Positions 16,324 through 24,000 of a DNA stretch of 64,000 bases are shown piece by piece. Position 1 is the first letter of the stretch, and the number at the start of each line of letters is the position of its first letter. The translations under genes were made by a program, and so were the position numbers. The stretch lies in assembly GCA_046046455.1 (NCBI GenBank), contig JBJOJS010000023.1, forward strand, positions 13,167 to 77,166, read 5' to 3'. A model generated the notes under the pieces. That model had not been told where the DNA came from and searched no databases. It saw only the letters and a list, made by a program, of their open reading frames with translations. The DNA comes from Actinomycetota bacterium. GTDB taxonomy: Bacteria > Actinomycetota > Actinomycetes > S36-B12.

Positions 16324-19300
16324 ATGCGCTTCGCTTCTCCGGTCATCATCGCCGTCTCGCTGGCACTCACGGTCTCTGCGTGCACGTCCAGCCCGCCCGA
16401 GTCGGCGACCTCGAGTCCGACGCCCAGCGTCGTGGAGCCGACCGACGATGGTGCCATCGCGGCCGCGGGCACGCCCGTCGCCGATGTGCAGCCGTGGCTC
16501 GCGGGTGTTGTCCCCGGTGGCGACGCGAGCGGGCCGGTGAGCCCGACGGACTGGCCGTCGGCCACAGTGAAGGCTGCCGGGACCTCGACGTCTCTCACGC
16601 CCACGCTGGTCGCACCGGGCATCGACGGCGAAATCCGCGTCGAGATCGTGGACCTCAGCGCGGGCGGCGGGTTCGGCGCCGATGGCACCGGGGAGGCCAC
16701 CGAGCTCGTCTGGTCCGGGAGCGGTCGTGGAGCAGGCACCGAGGTGCCCGCCGACACGCTGCGCCAGGGAGCGACCTACGCCTGGCGGGCGTTGCGCAAT
16801 GAGCAGGTCGTCGGCGGGCCGTGGGGATTCGGCGTCGACGTCGTACGCACGGGCAATGCACCGATGGACCAGCTCTACGGCGTAAACGTCAACATGGTGA
16901 GCGGCGTGGTCTCGACACGCTGGGCCAGTCCGTCCTTCACAGGCGCCGCCGGCGGCATCGTCATCGCCCTGGGTTACCGCGCACCCGTGGAGGCGAAGCC
17001 CGTCAGCTTCCCCGGCCTGCCTGCCGGCTGGTCGTGGGACCTCCCGGGTTCAGGCCTCATCGAGGCACGCGAGTCCGAGATCACATCCGGATCGGGCGAT
17101 GACGCGGGGCCGCGAAGCGTCGTCCTGCTCAACGCGCAGGGCATCGGCCAGACCTTCGTCCGGACGGAGACGGGTGCCTACGTGCCCGGGCTCGCCGACG
17201 GTACGGCGACCGGATACGGCTCCGCCGGCACGCTCATCCGCATCGGCGACGGGATCTGGCAGTTCACCGCACCCGACGGCACCCTCACGCGCTTCGAGGG
17301 CGGCCGCACCGTGTCGGAGTGGAACGCCGGCCTGCCGACTGTCGCCTACACGTGGGATGCGGATGGCCGACTGCTGTCGATGGGCGACGGCATCTCCCGC
17401 ACGCTCTCGATGATCTACGCCGGCACCGGCGACTGCCCCGCCGCGAGCTGGGGCAATGGCTTCGATGTCGCCGAGGGCATGTGGTGCGCGACCGTCAATC
17501 CCGATGGGTCGGTCACGGGTGTCGGATACACGGGCGGACAGATTGGCCTGATCGCCGATGCGGGCGGAGTCAGCGCCGGGTTCGGCTGGGATCGTGCCGG
17601 TCGCCTCAGCGCCGTACGCAGCACGAGCGCCGCGGCCGCTGCCGCGACCGCCGGCGGCGCGTGGGCCGGACCTGAGTTCACGACGCAGATCGCCTACGAC
17701 GCCGTCGGCCGCGTGGAGTCCCTCACTGCGCCAGCTCCAGCGCCCGGAGTGGATCGCGTGCAGAGGTCGTACTCCTACCCCGCCGACGCCTCGTCCAGTG
17801 AGCTGACCGCGTCAGCCACGCAGTCCGTCGTCGGCAACGGCGCACCGCGACTGGTCTCCTCCGACCTCGGCTCGGGCCGCGTCCTGGAGATCACGGTCGA
17901 GTCCGAGACCTGGAAGACCCTCAAGCGCCGCGACGTCGACGGTCGCAGCACGACGGTGAAGTACGACGAGGAGTCCGGGGTCGTCCTTCAGGGCACGGAC
18001 GAGACCGGGCGCACCGTCCAGACACTCACGGACAAGGACTCCATCGCCACCGAAGTGGTCGGGCCCTTCGTCGGCTCCGACCAGGGCGCGATGCGCAACG
18101 AGCGATTCCTCGACGCGACGATCGACAACCCTGCCGCGGGCACGGACTCCCCCACCACTCCCTGGTACGGACTCGCGGCCGTGGTGTGGTCCGACGATGC
18201 AGGGACGCCGGCCTACTGGGACCGCGACCTCCTCGGCGACTCGCTGTCAGCTGAACTCAACGTGCCCGGATCGTGGAACGCCGTCGCGACGGGCACCTGG
18301 AAGGTGCCGGAGAGCGGCGTCTGGAAGGTCGAAGCCACGTCCTCCGACGGCGTCGGTATCGACGTAACCCTCGACGGCGTCCGCTGCACCAGCGACGTCG
18401 GCGAGCCCTGCGAGATAAAGCTCTCCAAGGGAGATCACGCGCTCGCGCTCAGCCTCGTCGGTCAGGGTGCCGGATCTTTCGCCGTACGCGCAGGGCGCGG
18501 AGGGGATGCGCCCAAGGCCCTGCCGATCGACGCACTGCGCCCCGGCTACCGTGCGGCGACGCTCATGTCGATCAACGACGTCGTCGACGGTCGCAATGTG
18601 GGCACGCAGGTGATCGAGAACTCCCGGCCCTGGTCCCCCTCCCCGGAGTCGATCCGATCGGCAGGCGACCTCGTCACCCGCTTCACCTACGAGCCCACGG
18701 ATCCCCGGAAGGGGAGCTGGGGCCGACCTCTCGACACGACGACACCGGGCGGGGCGGTCCTCTCCACGTCGTACTACGGCAACGACGAGCAGGTCGAGGA
18801 CCCGTGCACCGGCACTTCCTCCCCGCAGGTCGGCCAGCCCAAGACCCAGGTGCGCTACGACGGCGTACGCGTGACGACGGTCTACAACGCCCAGGGCTAT
18901 CCCGCGTCCGTGACGACGGAGGGCGCAGGCGGCGAAGGCCAGCGCACCTGCGCGACGTACGACCCGGCCGGCCGTCCGCTCACGACGAGCACGAAGACGC
19001 TCGGCGGCGAGGAACTGGCATCCTCGTCGACGGAGCGGGTCTGGCAGGACGGTCAGCTGGTCACCACGGTGACGTCAACGTCACCGCAGGGCACCTTCAC
19101 CACGCGCTCGGTCACCGACATCCTCGATCAGATCGTGTCGTACACCGACGCATGGGGCACGACCACCGACTACACGCTTGATGCCGAGGGGCTCATCGTG
19201 AAGCGCACCACGACGCCCAAGGGTGCGTCCGCGCCAGCCCTCGTGGTCGAGTACGGGTTCGAGAAGGGCAGCGGCTCGCTCTCCACGGTGAGCGCCAACG

Positions 19301-21006
19301 GGGAGGTCCTCGCCGCACTCGACTACGCCGAGACAGGGCTGCTGGACTCGGTGACCTACCCCGGCGGCGTCACCGCGACCTACGCTTACGCCGCCCCGGG
19401 CACGGTGGAGTCGATGGCCCTGAAGACGGCAGACCTGACCTTCAGCCAGGACCGCGAGCGCAATGCCGCAGGTCGCACGCTGGCGAGCACTCTGCGCGTG
19501 CGCAGCGACGGCGATGACGTGCTGCAGTCGCGCTGGGAGTACGGGTTCGATGACGCCGGGCGCCTGACGAAGGCGACGCTCAGCAGCAAGGGCGATGTCG
19601 ACGTCGTGGGCGGTGACAAGCGCACCTTCACCTACTCCTACGGCTCACCCGAGGCGTGCCCGACGACGGCGGGAGCCGACTTCAACCGCACGGGTGGCAG
19701 CCGCGACGGAGTCGACTTCGTCACTTGCTACGACGCGAAGTTCCGCATGGCGTCCACCACGGATCCGCGCCTCGCGGCGAAGGGCAAGGCGGAGGCGACG
19801 TACGACGCACTCGGTCGGCTCACGGCCCTCAGCGGCGACGTCCCCCTCGAGATCACCTGGGGAGCAGGCACGACGCCCCTGGCGATCACGCAGGGCGGTG
19901 CCGTGACGACACTCACCAACAGCGGGCCGAGCCTCATCGAGTACGCCGTGGACGGAGTCGCGACTCGACTGTCCTACGCGTCCGCGGGGCAGGCGCCCGC
20001 CCTCCTCCTCGACGATCAGGGCAAGGTCACCGCCATGCTCGTGGGCCTGCCCGGCGGAGCCCTCGCGCGGCTCGACGCCGCCGGCGCGCTCTCGCAGATC
20101 GACTACACCGACATCTTCAGCGCCGCGCTCACCAGCACGGCACCGGACGGCACCTCGCTCGGCTCCGGGCAGGCGCATCTCGCGACGCGCTTCGGCCCCT
20201 ACGGTGAGCCGCTCGTCTCCTCGGATGCGCTCGCGCCGGCAGCGACCTACGGCTGGCAGGCGGGGCCGCGCAATCCCACGGTCGGCGGGTGGCACGACAT
20301 CACCCTCACGGCGCGTCCCTACCACCCGTGGCTCGGCCAGTTCCTCGCCTTCGACCCGGCGGTCGGAGCGTCGACCACGGGCTACGGCTACGGCGATGGC
20401 AGCCCTGTGGACCGCCCTGACTTCAGCGGCAACTTCCCGATCTTCGAGACGCTGGCCATCGCCGGCGGAATCCTCGCCGGGGTCGCAGGCGTCGGCATGG
20501 GCCAGGTCAAGGTCGGCGCCAGCAAGGCGGGTCGCACTCTCGTCATCGGGGGCGCCGCTGTGGGCGTAGCGGCGGCCGTGACCGGCATCGTCGGCACCTG
20601 GACCACCGAGACCACCGACTCGAGCCAGGGACTCCAGATCGCCTCCACCGTCGTCGCAGGTCTGGGCATCCTCGCGATCGGGGGCGCCGCGGCGGTCCAG
20701 AAGTATCGCGAAGCGCAGTACATGACCAAGCTGCGTGCCTACGCCGACGACGCCATCAAGGCCTCCGAGGTCGCGTACACGAAGGAGTTGCAGAGCCTGC
20801 GACAGCAGCAACTGGCGATGTACGCCCCGGGCCTCACGGCCGAAGAGGGTCTGGAGTTGGTCGCCAAGTACGAGGAGAGCAAGGCAATCCTGGCCGAACT
20901 CATGGGCCGCTACCAGGGTAAGCAGGTCCACATGGACGCCCTGCACAAACAGGACCTCGAGTTCCTGAGCTTCTACAACGGCGAGCGGCCGCGGTGGTTC
21001 AACTGA
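16324..21006 (+). CDS. RHS/YD-repeat lipoprotein (RHS-1) with PA14-like insert and hydrophobic C-terminal tail
   Basis: 1560 aa. Lipobox LTVSAC. Many YD-type repeats (YTWDADGRLLS, YDAVGRVES, YDPAGRPLT, FDDAGRLTKA, YDALGRLTAL). RHS core end reads ARPYHPWLGQFLAFDP...GYGYGDGSPVDRPDFSG. A PA14-like block lies at about 18160-18540. The tail is at 20437-21003. Confidence 0.9.
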   Translation: MRFASPVIIAVSLALTVSACTSSPPESATSSPTPSVVEPTDDGAIAAAGTPVADVQPWLAGVVPGGDASGPVSPTDWPSATVKAAGTSTSLTPTLVAPGIDGEIRVEIVDLSAGGGFGADGTGEATELVWSGSGRGAGTEVPADTLRQGATYAWRALRNEQVVGGPWGFGVDVVRTGNAPMDQLYGVNVNMVSGVVSTRWASPSFTGAAGGIVIALGYRAPVEAKPVSFPGLPAGWSWDLPGSGLIEARESEITSGSGDDAGPRSVVLLNAQGIGQTFVRTETGAYVPGLADGTATGYGSAGTLIRIGDGIWQFTAPDGTLTRFEGGRTVSEWNAGLPTVAYTWDADGRLLSMGDGISRTLSMIYAGTGDCPAASWGNGFDVAEGMWCATVNPDGSVTGVGYTGGQIGLIADAGGVSAGFGWDRAGRLSAVRSTSAAAAAATAGGAWAGPEFTTQIAYDAVGRVESLTAPAPAPGVDRVQRSYSYPADASSSELTASATQSVVGNGAPRLVSSDLGSGRVLEITVESETWKTLKRRDVDGRSTTVKYDEESGVVLQGTDETGRTVQTLTDKDSIATEVVGPFVGSDQGAMRNERFLDATIDNPAAGTDSPTTPWYGLAAVVWSDDAGTPAYWDRDLLGDSLSAELNVPGSWNAVATGTWKVPESGVWKVEATSSDGVGIDVTLDGVRCTSDVGEPCEIKLSKGDHALALSLVGQGAGSFAVRAGRGGDAPKALPIDALRPGYRAATLMSINDVVDGRNVGTQVIENSRPWSPSPESIRSAGDLVTRFTYEPTDPRKGSWGRPLDTTTPGGAVLSTSYYGNDEQVEDPCTGTSSPQVGQPKTQVRYDGVRVTTVYNAQGYPASVTTEGAGGEGQRTCATYDPAGRPLTTSTKTLGGEELASSSTERVWQDGQLVTTVTSTSPQGTFTTRSVTDILDQIVSYTDAWGTTTDYTLDAEGLIVKRTTTPKGASAPALVVEYGFEKGSGSLSTVSANGEVLAALDYAETGLLDSVTYPGGVTATYAYAAPGTVESMALKTADLTFSQDRERNAAGRTLASTLRVRSDGDDVLQSRWEYGFDDAGRLTKATLSSKGDVDVVGGDKRTFTYSYGSPEACPTTAGADFNRTGGSRDGVDFVTCYDAKFRMASTTDPRLAAKGKAEATYDALGRLTALSGDVPLEITWGAGTTPLAITQGGAVTTLTNSGPSLIEYAVDGVATRLSYASAGQAPALLLDDQGKVTAMLVGLPGGALARLDAAGALSQIDYTDIFSAALTSTAPDGTSLGSGQAHLATRFGPYGEPLVSSDALAPAATYGWQAGPRNPTVGGWHDITLTARPYHPWLGQFLAFDPAVGASTTGYGYGDGSPVDRPDFSGNFPIFETLAIAGGILAGVAGVGMGQVKVGASKAGRTLVIGGAAVGVAAAVTGIVGTWTTETTDSSQGLQIASTVVAGLGILAIGGAAAVQKYREAQYMTKLRAYADDAIKASEVAYTKELQSLRQQQLAMYAPGLTAEEGLELVAKYEESKAILAELMGRYQGKQVHMDALHKQDLEFLSFYNGERPRWFN

Positions 21007-21012
21007 CCTGAT

Positions 21013-21050
21013 CCGCACGGCCGATCGGCTACAGGCGATCGGCCGTGCGG
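21013..21050. terminator. 15-bp stem hairpin between the convergent RHS-1 and RHS-2 genes
   Basis: CCGCACGGCCGATCG (21013-21027) pairs perfectly with CGATCGGCCGTGCGG (21036-21050) around an 8-nt loop. The RHS-2 stop codon (21029-21031) lies in the loop. There is no clear U-tract. Confidence 0.5.
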
Positions 21051-24000
21051 TGGTCGCCCTCGCGCGAGGGCATGCCCTCGCAGCCACCCTCGACGGGGCA
21101 GTCCTGCGGATCCGCGGCTCCCGCCTCGCCCTGCTCGGCCTCCGCGGCCTGCTGCGGCTGCTGACCGCCGCCGAGCAGGAGCTGGAAGCCGGCCACGGTG
21201 AGCGAGGCCTGCGTGATCGTCTTCAGCAGCGTGGGCTTCTCGTTCGCCACCTGCGATGAGGCGCGGATGGCGCTGTCGGCGAGCTCATCGGCGCTGTCGA
21301 TCACGGAGGATGTCGCCTTCGACGCCTCCTTCCACGCCTTGTATCTCCCGGCACCCCAGGTCGCCATGTCGATGCCGACGGAGATCGCCTCGAAGACGAG
21401 ATCCGTCGTCGTCAACTCCTCGAAGCCGCCTCGCTCCCACGCGGTCACCGAGAGCTGCGCCGCGCTCGTCGTCAGGGAGATCGCCAGCACGATGGCGAAG
21501 GATCCGGGCAGCATGATCGACGCGGTGATGCTCGCCACGGCGAGCACATTGCGCGCGAAGTCGAACCACGAGTAGGCGCCGGTGGGGTCCGAGTAGTTGA
21601 CCGGATCGGCCTCGGCGAAGCCGTAGCCGGTCGAGGAGGATCCCGGGACAGGGTCGAAGGCGAGATAGGCGCCGAGCGCGGGCAGATAGGGCCGCGCGAG
21701 GGACAGCACGAGGCCGGAGCCGCCGGAGAGTGTGGGCTCCAGGCGCGAGAATCCGTAGCCGTAGGAGGGCGGATCGGCTGCGAGCGCGCCTGCGGACGGC
21801 CGGCCCGTCTCCAATGGTTCGCCGAACGGGCCGAGGGCCTCGGCGAGGACTCCTCCGCCGGCGCCCCGCACGGCCTGGCCACGGGCATCGGTGCGCACCA
21901 CGACCTCGCCGCGGATGCCCGGGTGATCGAGGACGACATCGCCACTTGCCAGGGACTTCTTCCACAGCGCGCCACCGGGCAGCAGCAGGCGCACCTGCGT
22001 GGGACTGCCCTGCCCATCGAGCAGCAGTCCCGGGGCGATGGCGGTCGGATTGGCATAGGCCATGAGGGTGGTGGTCGAGGCCGAGTCATCCGACGTGCGT
22101 TGTGCGACCAGGCGGCCGAGCGCATGCGCGAGGTCGGAGGTGACCGGCACGGCACCCATGCCGTCGACGATCGTGGCGGGCAGGCCGCCCCAACTCCAGT
22201 CCAGGCTGAGCGTGGCTCCCTCGGCCTCGCTCGACGTCAGCCGGCCGAGCGCATCCCAGGAGAGCCGGGCCGAGCCGCCCTGCGGGGCCATGAGCGGATC
22301 CGTCGTCGATACGGCGCGCCCCGCACCGTCGTAGCAGGTCACGTAGTCGCGATCGTCGCGTCGCCCGCTCGTGCGATCGAGGTCGATACCGGGATCCCCC
22401 GACGTGCCGCACGAGGCGTCCTGTGGGCCGAAGCGGTAGTCGAAGCGCCGCCGATCGGCGCCCACGCCCGCCTGGTCGCCCTCGACGTCGAGGATCGCGG
22501 TCGACAGGCGCGCCGCCTTGTCGTAGGCGTAGCCCCATTCGCGCTTCGTGCTCGCCTCGCCCGCGCGCACGACCCGCGTGGTGCGGGTGGAGATGCGGCC
22601 GGCGTCGTTGGTGCCGGTCGCATCGGTGACGAGCGAGCCGTCTGCCAGGGTGATCGCCGTCGACTGCACCGTGCCGTTGGGGCGGTACTCGAACTCCTGG
22701 GAGACGGCGGAGGCGTATTCCACGCTCGCGACTCGCCCGGCACCGTCGTACCGGACTCGGGCGATCTCCCTCCCGTCGATTGACATGCGCGTGGGCCGAC
22801 CCGTATCCGCGTCGAACTCCTGGCTCGATGTCACGAGTTCCTTGCCGTCGACCGAGGTGGTGCGGCTGATCTGATTGCCCTGGACGTCATACCGATAGTC
22901 GAAGACCGCTCCGGTGAGGTCGCGATAGGTGACCAAGCGGCCCAGGAGATCGACGGTCGTCTCGGTGACCGCCTGCGCGGGGAATATCTCGCCGGGGGGA
23001 GTGGTCGTCACCTGCGTGCGCGTGCGGCGCGGGTCGCCCTCGACCCCAGCGCTGACGATCGCCTCCTCCACGAGATCGCCCTTGACGCCGTAGAGACGTG
23101 ACGACGTGACACTGCCATCGCTCGCGAACGTCCAGCAGGCGAGTTCGCCCGCCTGGCCGCCGGTGCGGATGGCGATCGTGCGGCCGGCGGCATCGAACCA
23201 TCGCTCGACCACGACCCCGTCGGTGCGGGTGATGGAGCGCACCTGGCCCGCCTGCGGCGCGGCTGCGGCATCCGGGCAGGGCGGTGACTCACTGGCGCCC
23301 GTGACCGGCCAGTACGCCGTTGTCGTGACCCGACCGCCCGGCGTGGTCGCGGTGAGCTTGCGACCCCAGCCGCCCTGGCCGACCGGCTCGTAGGTCGCGC
23401 GCGAGACGCGACCCCCGGGCGACTCCACCTGCGTGGGGCGCCCGGTCCAGGGCTCGTCGTACGTCGTGTAGGTGTCGAAGGCGGAGCCCTCGGCGAATCG
23501 GTCGTTGGTCAGCGTCGCCGTCTGGACCCCGAATCCCGGCGTGACCGATGACATGACTTCGAGCTTTGACGGCAGCCTGCCGCCTCCGTCCACCTCGGCG
23601 CCCACGCGCAGGCTCGACTCGGCGGTGCTGGAGGACATATCGATGCGCAGAGCATGCTCGCCGTCGCGCAGATCGAATCGGCAGATGCCATCGGAGTCCG
23701 CCTCGCAGGGTCGGTTGTCGACGTACACCGTGACGTCTGCCTCATCCGCGGCTCGCACCTGCAGAGCCCACGTCGTCGCTTTGCCGTCCCCGGCGCCGGT
23801 ATCCGTGCGCCAGGTCCCCGCGAAGCGGCCCGACCACGAGCCCTGGCCCACCGGACTCGCAGCCCAGTCGACCTCCACGCGCCCATCGCGCGCGATCCAG
23901 CCCCCGGCGGCAAGGGGACCTGTCGCTCCCGGCGACGCCCAGTAGTCGGCGGCCAGTCCCTCGTACGCCTCGCCATCGCGCATCTGGTCGACCTGCGTGG

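Noticed and set aside
19645-21087. 480-aa minus-strand ORF (and the 113-aa ORF at 20388..20729) overlapping the RHS-1 tail, considered as a hidden immunity gene
   Set aside because: It is antisense to a confidently coding gene. Its Arg/Gly/Asp/Pro-rich low-complexity composition is typical of spurious frames in about 70% GC DNA. It would also span the hairpin and run into RHS-2, and it has no RBS or signal features.
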